This document shows, in pieces, positions 27,091 through 38,956 of a DNA stretch of 64,000 nt (the stretch's first letter is position 1; each line of letters opens with the position of its first letter). A program made the position numbers and the translations under genes. This DNA is from Vitrella brassicaformis CCMP3155 (taxonomy: Eukaryota > Protista > Chromerida). A model generated the notes under the pieces. It had not been told where the DNA came from and did not search any database. It saw nothing but the letters and a program-made list of their open reading frames with translations. The DNA lies in the NCBI GenBank assembly GCA_001179505.1, contig CDMY01000332.1:52553-116552 (forward strand), read 5' to 3'.

Positions 27091-27811
27091 TGGATGGCGC
27101 TGCGGTTTCCGGAGGGGATGCGCCCGCCCTTTCGTTGTGGGAATGCTCACAGAGAGATCGGTGGTGGGCTAAGCTCGCGGATGTGGAGAGTGGAGAAGGA
27201 CGCCGTGGGACAGATCTGCACCGCCAGCGTGTGATGAGTGAATTATGCACCCAAATGGACTCATCTACCGCCTCCTGTGGTCGCAGCTTCTCGTCCTGAT
27301 CCATCTCGCCTTGAAGGGACCCGACGGAGATCTGGCTGCCGCTGCACGTCATCAATCATCCAAACGGCGTCCCTGCGGCTTTGTTCCACTTCTCCGACCT
27401 CTGCCAACTCGCTGCAGCATGCGGCGAAACGGGGTGGCGCACAGCGGTTTAGCCAGGGATGGGTGCGGCATGGCTGACTCAGAGAGAGGTTGCCAGGAGA
27501 TGGACCAGAGGAGGCGAGGTGTATCTATGGCCACGAAGCAGTCGCCTTCGGCTCCCCCTGTTGCTGGGAAAAGGCATACAGCGGATGGTCGCGAAATGCG
27601 CCGTGTGCTATACAAAGCGACGAGGGGTCCTCGACGGGCATCGCTTCGGGCACTGATGCGACCAGGCGTTTATCGGACACTTCGGTGAGCCTGTTAGAAA
27701 CAATCACTACAGCTTATCTCCGCGTTATTTGTCCCTCCCTCCCTCTGTGTTGTTCCACATCTCAGTTCGATACGGACCGAGAATGCCATAGTCAAGGCAG
27801 CAGGTGATGGC

Positions 27812-30800
27812 ATGCGGCCGCTGCAGTCCCTCTTGCGCGACATGCTCACCGCCCACCCAACTCTTCTCCCTTCCTCGACCTATCGCAGCACACCGGCAGC
27901 CTGGGACGATGACAAGGCGCCTCTCGCTCTCGACCCCACGTGCTGCATCACGGCCTTGTGGCACCTGGCGCACGACGACGGATGCAGCAGCAGCATCGAA
28001 GACTCCACACAGATGAGTCCATACGAGGCAGCGCCGCACTCGTCTGATCGGCCCCTTCCCGACCTTTCGTTGGTCCTGCAGCTAGTGGAAGCTCTCGTGA
28101 ATTATCATCACTCTCGCTCGGCGGTAGCCAACGACGGTCATGCGGCTGCTTCCCGAGTGGTGCGATGGACCCCTGAAGAGCTGGTCAGTGCTGCCTGGGC
28201 GGCCGCCACGCTGCTGCATCGCTATCATCAGCCGAGAAGGGGGAACCACGCGGCTGTGAGGCAGCTGAGAGAGGCTTGCGCGCGCCTGTATGACGTTGTT
28301 CTGGTGCATGCGGCGGGCCAGCTGCACAACTTCCGGCCGATTGAGCTGGCGCGGCTTCTGTGGACCCTGACACGAGTGCGTGACCCTGGCTCGGTGACGA
28401 TTGAAATCTCTCAGGGATGGTCCTCGGGAGATGAGCCGCCCAGAAGAGGCAGGCGACTGAGGGCGGTGCTCGAGGAGGCGGCTTCCGTCATGACGGCGAC
28501 GCTGAGTCAGTCGACCCCCTACTCATGCAGCACTATGCTGTGGGCCCTGGTGCGGCTGTGGCCAAACAAGACGACTCTCCAGGCATCCCCCCTCTCGCCC
28601 GACGATCCTATCGATCACACATCAACGATCCCCACACCGACCCATTCTGCCGACGGTCGTGCAGGTGCACATCTTCAGCCCGTCTACTCTGCGCCGATAA
28701 GAGGACTGTTCCGCAAGACGGTCGAGATGCTGCTGGCCCCGCTGTCAGATGGCGACGAAATAGCGGCCGTCGACAGCTTCCCGGCCCGCGACTTTGCACT
28801 CCTTCTGTGGTCGTGCACGCACTCGGGGCTCTTTCGGGACAATGGTGGTCTATCACGGCAGCTGTCCTCGGCTGTTCTCCGGTTCTTCAAGGCACAGCAG
28901 ACGTATGCGCCGCCTGAGGGCGTGAGGAGCGGCGATTCGGCAACATTGCCAGAGGACATTACGGGGGAGGCCATGAAGCTGCACGAGGGGCGGTCGGGCG
29001 ATGGATCGTTTCCGCTGACGTGGCGGCGACATCGGACGCCGATGGGGGCGAACCCGCAGGATGTGGCCCTCATCTGCTGGGCTGTCGCCGATATGGGGCT
29101 GCTCGCCGACACCAAACAGACAGATCAGGTTGGTGATGGTGGGTGGGCAGATGAGATGCAGTCAGTGAAATCCATCCATGCATGTGTCTGTCAATCAGTT
29201 GGTAGCGTGGCTGTGGCCCTACGTGTGGCGGTACAGCAACATCCAGCCCGACGGCCTCAACCCCAACTCCACCACCCACACCGACAGCCCAACCTTCGCC
29301 TCTCTGGCCTTCCCAAAGGTGACCAACCGCCCCTCCCCCGCCCGCCTCTTCCGGCCCATCGAGCTCACATCAGTGGCCTGGTCGCTCGTCAAGCTCGGCA
29401 TCCGCCGGCCGGCCATCCACCACGCCATCAGCCACCGTCTGCTGCAGTACCTGCGGTCCCATGTGGAGGCCATGAGGGTGCGTGGAAGGGATGCCGTGGC
29501 TGCGCTGCCGAGAGGCGTGACGCCTGGCAGTCTGGCGATGCTGCCGTGGTCGCTGGCGCGTGCTGGCCTGGTGCAGGGGCGGATGGCGCCGCTTGTGACC
29601 GAGGTCATGGAGGTCGCCATCGTCGAGGCCTTCGCTACCAACTTCACGGGCTTCTCTGCTCATGTAAGGGACTTGACTGACTGACATGGGGCACACGTGG
29701 GGCTCGACATAAAGCGCTCTATGGCTGGCTCGTTTGCCTTTGCTTTGTTCGTCCAGGAGGTGTCTATCCTTAGCTATGCCGTGTCGATGGCCAACCTGGA
29801 TGACCGCGTCAAGCGAGTGAGCCACCGACATGACAGCACAGACGACTAAGTACCGTTCGTTGCTCTCCTTTGTTGTGTCAAGGCATTCTTCGAAGAGGTG
29901 TCGGATCACTTCGCGCCGACGATCGGCAGCTGGCACCCACACCACCAGGCGCTGCTCTCATACGCCCTCCACAAGTCAGCCATCTGCGACCCACCCATCG
30001 TCATGGCCATGGCCACGGCCCTCAAGAGCGCAGCCAACACACCAGGGGGCCTCTCGCGGTACCACCCCGATGTGCTCTTCAGCCTCATGGTGGGGCTGCT
30101 GAGCTGCGACAGTCAGGTGGATGCATTGAGGGGCTTCCGCAGACCCCGGGGAGTGCTGCTGGATGTGGCGGCCTATGTGGCTGGCTGGGTGAGGCAGCGA
30201 GGGCACGGCCAGAGGGTCAAGGGCCTGTCGCTGGCAACGCTGCTCGACCTGTGGGCTGAGAACAGGCTGCCGGGGACACTCGACATTGCGTGAGCGAGCG
30301 AGCAGGCCAGGCCCGCCAAGATGATTGAGTGTGTCAGCTGGTGGTGTATGGCTGCTGTCCGCTTCATCTCTATCAGGTCTGCCATTGTAGAGGACACCCA
30401 TGTGCTGGGCCGCTTCTCGCCGCTGAGCCTCTGCATCGTCCTCAGCTCCCTCGCCAAAACAGGTTGGTTGGTGCAAACATACGTAACCGTCAGTCATATC
30501 ATCTGCTGCTGAGTGCTTGCTTTGCTTTCTTTGCCGTGGGTACAGGTGTTGGCGTGTCCGACGGCTATCTGGCCCGTGCAGCCGACATGATGGCCGCCAG
30601 CATCCACGAGCTCATCCAGACCCTCCCCAACACCTCGTCTGAACCATCCGTCGACACCACGGCAGAGACACCGGCCCCCCTGGCCGACGAGTGGCTGCCA
30701 TTCCTGGCCCTCCCTGACAGCAGTCAACACGTGCAGTGCCACCCGCACCCCACCGCCGGCATTTCCGACGAGGCGTCACCCCTCACTGTGCGTGGCTTGG

Positions 30801-31301
30801 TCATGGGCCTCTGGGGGCTGGCGGTGCTCTCGACACGGCTGGTGGGTCACACACAAGACCAAGACGGGGGCGAGAGTGCGGGCGCGGCGAGCTCGCTCGT
30901 GGGCCAGGCGGTGGACGCGGCTGTGGAGCTCTTCGACGACACAAATGTCCTCGAGAGGATCAGAGGAGGTCAGTCAGTCAGTCACACACACACACACCCA
31001 CGCACACACAACATCCGTCATGCCACCTACCCGTCCATTGTGGCTGTCTGTCTGTGTGCCTGGTACAGATGTGTTGCTGCTGCCAGCAGCTGCCGAGGCC
31101 TTCGCGATAGTGGGGCAGTACGGCCACCGGCTGGACGAGCAGCCCCGCTACCGGCGCGTGGTGCGGACTCTAGCCTGCTTTGCGGTGCCGATGCTCACCG
31201 AGGGGTCGGTGGGCGAGGCGGACCTGGCGCGGCTCGTCAACGCTGTCGAGTGCCTCCATGAGTGCAAGACAATCGATCGGAGTGGACCAGTCGACCAATG
31301 A
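27812..31301 (+). CDS. OPR/HPR-like helical repeat protein (probable organellar RNA-binding)
   Basis: Repeated xxP.(E/D)L....W motifs: WTPEELVSAAW, FRPIELARLLW, TPYSCSTMLW, FPARDFALLLW, NPQDVALICW, FRPIELTSVAW, TPGSLAMLPW, FSPLSLCIVL. Several introns. Confidence 0.78.
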
Positions 31302-32510
31302 ATGGATGCAATGATGAGGGGTTGCACTTCTGAGTAGCGACGGACGGCTGGTCGGCACAGCCATCCCTTTTGCCAGTGTGTGTGGGCTCGGAAGAAGAAA
31401 TCACATGTGTACAATCTGTGTGACGGATGTGCAACGGACAGATTGAAACAAAAGAAAGATGGGTCGCTCGGGTTGGTAATCTAGCGAGAATCGTCTTGTG
31501 TGCTGCATGGCATCGATGGCGCCCCAGAGAAATGGGTCTGTGTTTGATTGATGACTAAATGCACGCGGGGGCTTCAATGCTCGTTGGTCCGTCCTTTACG
31601 TGTCATTCACGAGTGTTGACACACCGTCGACAGGCAGGCAGACAGACAGGCGGGGAGGGAGGGCGAGAGCTGCACAGCACACCACACAAACACACAGCTC
31701 ACGTATTAAAACCAAGGAGAGGCAGGAGACAGGAGGGAGGGAGGGAGGGAGGGAGAGAGAGGGAAGCACGACCATATGCAGCGATACATACCATTCAGAA
31801 GCATGAAGGATGCATCCACTACACGCGGAATGGGGCTCATTCTGAAGAATGGGAACGAAAACTGGGTTGACTGTCCTTACCAGAAGTGAGGGTCTGCACT
31901 CAGTCATGGCCATACCAGCCAGCAGCAGCCCCACACATCCAGAAATGACCCTCCTCACTTGTGGGCCTGTGAGGCCATTTCTTTCTGGATATCCCCCAAA
32001 GGTCATTCATTTCTGGATACTTGGTGCCCATTTCTGAACTTTCTGAACAATCTGAGTGCACATCCAGACCAATAATCCACACAACTACTACGCCATATAT
32101 GCCAAGCACAGCTCCCTACATTAATCACTGCTCCAACAGAAACGACCGAGCGCTGCGGCACTCGAAATATCTATCTCTGGCCTGTCTCCCACAGCATCCA
32201 CGCTGTCATCTGCGGCCGAACACCAGCTGAGCGCCAGCCAACCCTCCCTTTGTCGATGACTGCACTGAGCGCTGACCACCGCCTCCATCCACAGTCATTT
32301 CGATTCTGGACCTGGTCAGCATCTTGACGGAGACCCGATCAATCGCCACCCGCCCATAATATCACGCATGAATTTCGAGCAGCTCCTCGCTCTCAGCTGG
32401 CTAAGGGCCACCCGTTATGTCCTCCTTATCGGCCGCCGCTGACGTTCCTTCCAGTCGTCTGTTGAGCTGTGCTGCCTGTCGGAACGAGCGGAGGGAAAAG
32501 GATGAAAGGC

Positions 32511-33368
32511 CTAGGGACGCTGAGCCGCCTGCTGCTGCTGTTGGTGGTGGTGCGGCTGCCGCATCATGTCGGTAGCCGTGTGGGTGCGCCAGTCGGTGTC
32601 TGCAAAAGGCGTGTGGTGGCGGTAGTAGTAGTGGTGCTTATCTGCATGGGAGGGCGGGCCGGAACGACTCGACACAGACACAGACTCGCCACAACGAGGT
32701 CGAGCAACAAGCGCACACGCCTGACACGCACAAGCCAACACAACACGCCAAACACTGGTCATGTACACGGCCTCGACCCATCTACGCTGGTCTGGGTGGG
32801 TCACCGGTATGTGTGGTTGCCAACCCCAACAAGGCCAAGACGGTCGGCAGGGAGTTCCTCGAGGACCTGACACACTCAGCACATTAGCCAGCGTGTGATT
32901 GAACAATCTATGTCGGTATGGTCTGTGCATAGTTTACCGATGCCCTGATGGAGCGTCTGTAGTTCGTGGTCTGCCTCATCTGGGGGTGCCTTCTTGGCCG
33001 CAGCGTCGTCCTCGACCAGAGGCGGCGACCCTGCTCGCTTGGCGGCGGCAGACCAACCTGGCGCCGTCTGCGACGCCGGTCATCATCGCCTCTGCATGCC
33101 ACATGGTTGTGGCTGCCTCGCGTATGACGCCCTCCGTCAGCTGCCGCGCCTCCCGCGTGGCGGCAGCTGCAGGGCCGCGGCCCCTGCAGAGATGGCGCGG
33201 CGTAGCTGCTCGGCGAGAGTGAAGCGTCGCTGTAAGGAAGAGGACATGAAGATCTTGCTGCCGGGCATGGCAGCCGCCTCCTCGTCGGTGCAGTAGACAC
33301 TCCGTCCGTTGACCTGCAGGAGGCCAACGCAGAGGAGGGATGGTCTGGCGGAGCTGGGCCCTCCGCAT
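32511..33368 (-). CDS. Hypothetical spliced ORF; reading frame unresolved (possible frameshift or pseudogene)
   Basis: Exon-like GC-rich blocks with GT/AG-bounded introns near 32810-32930. The protein-like segments fall in different frames and no family is recognised. Confidence 0.3.
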
Positions 33369-33449
33369 TTACGCGCTTGAAACGTTGTTGGCTAGGGTGC
33401 TCCGTGAAACCGCTGCCGGTTAGGCTGAGCAGCTACAGAGCGACGCAGC

Positions 33450-34795
33450 ATGATGAAGGCAGTGTGTTTGGTTGTGGCTCTCGGCCTGCAGGTGGCGCTG
33501 GCCTTCGTGCCGCCCTCCGCCCTGAGGGGCCAGACATACCCGGTCCGGCAGCCAACGCAGCTCCATATGACGGGAGAGGTCGAGCGGAGGAACTTCATGC
33601 ACAACGCAGGCATGCCATTGCATTCAATGCGACTCACGCCGCAGACAGACAGACACAATGACAGATTGGTCATTGTTTGCTGTTGTTGGCTGGTTGCAGG
33701 TGGTTCGCTGCTGGGTCTAGCCTTGGGTCTTGGCTTCGCGGAGAACGCCTTCGCTGATGGAGCGGTGAGGGAAGGAGATCTGGACACATTATGTGACGAC
33801 AGACGAGATCCATTCTCTCCCTCTCCCATGCTGCATCTGGCTGTGATGCGATGATGGGTTGCAGGTGAGCGATGCCACGGTGCAGAGAGCTCGCGGCACG
33901 TACGGCATCAGACTCCTCGTAAGCGACCACACACACCACACACACGGACGGGAGGGAGGGAAATGGGTGGATTGAATGAGATGAGATTGACGGGCATTGT
34001 GCCTGACCTGACGCCTGCAGGACCTTGAGCCCGCCGTGAACAAGGGCGACTTCTCAGCTGTGGTACTCATGAGTGACTCATAGATGTATGTTCTCATGTT
34101 TGTTCATCACTCGATGATACATGTTCGTTCATCCGTCAGGCCAAGGAGAAGAACGCCTTCACTCTGTTCAATAGGTGAGCGATCGTGATGCGGTGGGGGG
34201 GCCTGGGTTCAGGCGCAGGAACTCCCTGTCGTGTGTGTGTGTTTGTGTGTGTCATGTGTCTGTCGTGCGCGTCTGTCTGTCTGTCTGTCTGTTGTCTGCC
34301 TGGCTGTGTGCAGCGGTGCGTATGCCAAGAGAGGTCCGATAGATCGCGAGAACAAGGCCAAGGCGGAGTCCATCACCAAGGACATCTTTGCCGCCGTCGA
34401 GGCCAAGGACGTCAACAAGCTCAAGTCATCCTATGCCGAATACAAAAAGGTCAGCCAGGCAGGGCAGTCGATCACAAACCAACAAGGCAGGCACAAGCAA
34501 GTTACAAACACACCAACACGGACACCGTCTGTCTGGTGTGTTTGTCGGTGACTCCGTCCGTCACTCAGCAGTTCCTGCCTACTGACCTGGTCGGGCGCTC
34601 CTCCAAGCTGGTCAAGCAAGAGAAGGTCAGTCAGACTTTCTGCAACGCACAACACACACGGATGTCACTCACGCACACTGAATGCCCGTTCTCCCTCTGT
34701 GTGTGGGCGTCACGTCTGTCTGGTTTGGCTGACTGCAGGCCCAGGCGCATTCCTCCGACTTCCACTGGACGCAGCGGAGAGCCGCGTTCGACTGA
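33450..34795 (+). CDS. psbQ': Photosystem II extrinsic protein PsbQ' (red-algal/diatom type), lumen-targeted
   Basis: Mature DGAVSDATVQRARGTYGIRLLDLEPAVNKGDFSAVAKEKNAFTLFNSGAY...SSDFHW matches diatom PsbQ'. Leader: signal peptide, AFV transit peptide, Tat RR motif (ERRNFM), AFA cleavage site. Confidence 0.92.
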
Positions 34796-34799
34796 CCTG

Positions 34800-37700
34800 T
34801 GGCTTGACACACAGACAGACAGACACAACGACAGACAGACCGACAGAGAGCAGATCACACCATCAAATAGATCAGAGGGATGGATGGATGGGCGCGGTTG
34901 GTGTGGTCTGCAAGTGAAGTGGAGTGGAGTGACCCAGCCTTCCCATCGAATCGATGCAGCAGGCCAGGCCAGGCCAGGCCATGCCTGCTTTGTTTTTCGG
35001 TCAGACGCTTTTTCGCTCTGCGCGGCGCCGGCGTGCACTGCGTGACTGAATGCATCCGATGAGATGAGGCAGGCCGAATTCACCCATGTGTGCTGTGTCG
35101 ACTTGTGTCTGCATGGGTGTTATCCATCTCGTGCTCTAGCGGCTCCTCTCCTCTCACGACTGTGCATGGTTGTCATGTCCGTCGTGGAGCGGGGCGCTGT
35201 TCCGCCTGCTACTCGTGTGTGACGCGATGGAACTGAGAATGGGTCTCTGGATGTATCTGATGTCTTTCAATCAACGCATGTGCAACGGTCAAGTCAGTTA
35301 CACACACTAGCCGCCCCGTCTGCCATGCATCGATCGCATCACATCACATCAATCAACATTGACATGACAGTCTCTCTCGCTGCGATGGATGGATGGATCA
35401 ATGAATGATCCATCCCTTCTGGCCTCACTGCACCCACCAACCCACCACGCGACGCAGTGCAGTGCAGTGCACGCCAGCCCTCACACACATCCATACACAC
35501 ATCCACGCCACGCACCGACCGACATGTGCCTGGCTTGGCCGGATTCATATCACGTGGATATTTGTGTCAATTGGCGTCTTTGTGTCAGGACTGTCTGTCT
35601 GTCTGTCTGTCTCTCTGTCTCTCTGTCCGCTGGTACTCGTTCGGTCGGTCGGTCGGCTGGTCGCGCACACTCGTCATTAGCTAGCATGTGCGCATCGATC
35701 GCATCCCCACCGAACCGACCGACGCACATCAATCACATGCGCCAGGCCAGGCCATGCAGCAAAGTAAGTGTCTGTCATTTGCGATAGATCGCACACCCAT
35801 CCCATCCATCCCGCAGACAGACAGACAAGTCTCTCGCTGCTCTCGCTGCGATTGATCAATCCTTTCTTTCTCACACCCACGCCCACCCTCTCATACACAG
35901 TTAACTGTGTTTGTGGCTGGCTGCCTGGCCGGTCGCGCACACGTCATTCATTAGCTTTGCACGTGTGCATCAATCAGATCACCCACCACCCCACAGAACC
36001 AACGCACATCACACGCACCAGAGAGAGAGGCCATGCAGCAAATTGTGGGTGTGACTGACGTATATATATGCATCTATCTATCCAGAGACCGGCAGGCAGC
36101 AGCAGCCACGCGTGTGTGTGATGAACGAGATTACTGCACAATGCAGCCAGGCAGACAGACAGACGGGCGGCCCCATTGATTCGTTTGTTCAGCTCTTGCC
36201 TTCCTAGCTGCCTTGTTTGCCAGAAAGGCGAGCCTCCAAGGGACCGACCCGACCGCACGGCCGCCATTTGTCCGGCCGTCTGTCTCTCTGTCTGTCTGTC
36301 TGTCTGCCTGTCTGTCTCTTATCCATCCTTACTTACAACTGACTTGCCTGGCTGCCTGGCCGGCTGCTCGACTCACTCCCGGCCCCACCCCACTACTTAC
36401 ACAGATACGCACAGACAGACACAGCACTTTAGTGTCTCTGAGTTGCATGGCATGGGTAGGATAGATGCCACACACACGTACGTACGTATACACACATGCA
36501 CTCACTCACCTCACTGCTGCAGGGATTGCTATCATTGCAGTTGGGGTGGCGTGTCGTGTCGTGTCGTGACGACCCACTCACCACAGCACACCACCCTTGA
36601 CCAGTAATCAATCATCATCAATCAAAAGCAGGTAGTCAGTGGACGGACACAGGAGAGGTAAGGTCGTAGCCAGTCAGCCAGCCACAATAACAGTTCGTTC
36701 TTGCCAGGAGTTGCCTCGTGGGCCTTGTTTACAATAAAGGAATTCACACCACAGCCACAGCCACAGTCACATGCACACGCACACGCAAACACACGGCACC
36801 AGGACAGCAGACACAGAGACAGACCAGACCAGACCAGACCAGCACCCATACACACACACATTACGGATGGTTCTCTATCGACACATTCACACACACACAC
36901 ACACACGGGGGCAGACAAACATTTCAATCAACCAACAGTCAGTACACAGCCACCCTGCCCTGCCCACAAGCGATCGATCAGCCAGCCAACCAACCAAACA
37001 CGACACCCAATGCGATACTCTCCTGCCTGCCTGCCTGCCTGCCGGTGTTGCTACGGGTCCGTAGCAAGCCACGCTAGCATTCCTAGATCGTACCTCGCTG
37101 CGGTGCGTGCTGTGTGGGGACAGAAAAAAGCACCCGCGCCACGCCACGCCGACGCCTACGCCTTGAAGGAAAAAGGAGGGGACCCATACACACACACACA
37201 CATACAAGCAGGGCAGGAATGGGGGAAGGGAGAGAGGCCTGCCTGCCTGTGTGGGTGTGTGTGGCTAGGCGTTCCTTATATAGACGGAGGGAGGGATAGA
37301 CACGACGGACGGAATGTCCACGCATCCATCCATCCATCCATGAGTCATTCATACACTTACGTGCTCACTCACTCACTCACTCGCTCCTCTTCTCTCAAGT
37401 GCTCAAGTGGCCGTCAAGTGCTATGCTATGCTATCCCATCCTTAATCAGAGAGAGCAGTGGTCCATCCATCAAGTAGTCAGCATAGCATGCATGTGTGCA
37501 GCCAAGTCACTCAGTCACCCCCCTCCCCACCGTGTGTGCGACATATGGATGGACGACACTCCAAAGCACAAACAAGACACCCGTTAGTTANNNNNNNNNN
37601 NNNNNNNNNNNNNNNNNNNNNNNNNNNNNNNNNNNNNNNNNNNNNNNNNNNNNNNNNNNNNNNNNNNNNNNNNNNNNNNNNNNNNNNNNNNNNNNNNNNN

Positions 37701-38950
37701 NNNNNNNNNNNNNNNNNNNNNNNNNNNNNNNNNNNNNNNNNNNNNNNNNNNNNNNNNNNNNNNNNNNNNNNNNNNNNNNNNNNNNNNNNNNNNNNNNNNN
37801 NNNNNNNNNNNNNNNNNNNNNNNNNNNNNNNNNNNNNNNNNNNNNNNNNNNNNNNNNNNNNNNNNNNNNNNNNNNNNNNNNNNNNNNNNNCAGAAAAAAG
37901 CACTCATGCGATGACCCAAACCACGTTGTGTTTCCCCATGTAGGTGCTTGTGCATTGTGGGCAGGCAGGCAGGCAGGCATCCATATAGCGCACACAGACG
38001 CACACGTGGCACCATCAATGGAATGCAGACGTACGCGACATGAAGAGGAAGGCGGGCAATGCAATGCAATGCAGTGGCCGCCGACGGCCGTCCTGCATCT
38101 CCTGCATCTCTCTCTCTCTCCTTCATTGCTTCATTCATTCGTGTGTGCAGCCCAGCCCTTCTGGCCTGGCCACCCCACCCGGCAGACTGGCCGGGCAGAG
38201 TGAGGGAAGTTTGCATGGCATTGCACACACACCCTCGGCCTCTCTGCCGGCTGGCTGTCTCTCTGTCTGGCGATAGATAGATAAAGGCACTAAGCGATCG
38301 ATCTCACGTGAATACATGTATGTATCTCTGGTATGGTATGGTATGCACCCACAGAGGGAGGGAGGGAGGGAACAGAAAAACCACTGTCTGTCTGTCTGTC
38401 TGCAGGTGTGTGAGCGGACGGAGTGTGCCCGCGACTGTGTGTAAGTCCCCTGCGTGTGGTGAGGAAGGAGCCGACGCAGCATAGAGACACAAAGCGCACG
38501 CACCGGACACACAGGCGCACAAACGTGGCCTGCCTCGCTCGCACGCCACGCCAAGCACACAAAAAGGCATCACATCATCCAGACAGACATCATATGAATC
38601 ATCCACGTCAAGCATTACATACATTAGTAAGAAAGTACACACTTCCCTCCCTCCCTCCGTCTGTCTGTTCCCCCCTCTCCTCTCCCTCCCTCCCTCCCTC
38701 CCGCATATAACACATGCCATGCAATGCAGCCACTTAGGCTGCTCACCCATCCATTCTCCCATCCACCCACCCACCCACATGCGATCCATCCATTCCATCA
38801 AACACCAAACATCCATTCGTATAGATACAGACACGTACACACACACACACGAACAGCCCAAGAGAGACAAAAACCCCGCCTCCATCCCTCCCTCCCTCAG
38901 CACCACAGACGGACGGACATCTCTCTCTACCGTCAGTCAGTCAGTGAATC
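34800..38950. repeat. Microsatellite-dense non-coding region or long UTRs: (CA)n, (CAGA)n, (GCCT)n, (CCAT)n
   Basis: No credible coding exon; the listed ORFs are translations of simple repeats. Confidence 0.7.
37591..37890. other. Assembly gap (300 N)
   Basis: Run of N. Confidence 1.
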
Positions 38951-38956
38951 AAGGCA

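Noticed and set aside
33020-33140. In-frame TGA codons suggesting selenocysteine or readthrough
   Set aside because: Frame assignment is ambiguous, no selenoprotein motif or SECIS was seen, and a frameshift is simpler.
34800-38950. Numerous ORFs rich in CV, HT, SL or PACL repeats (also elsewhere in the window)
   Set aside because: They are translations of microsatellites, not proteins.
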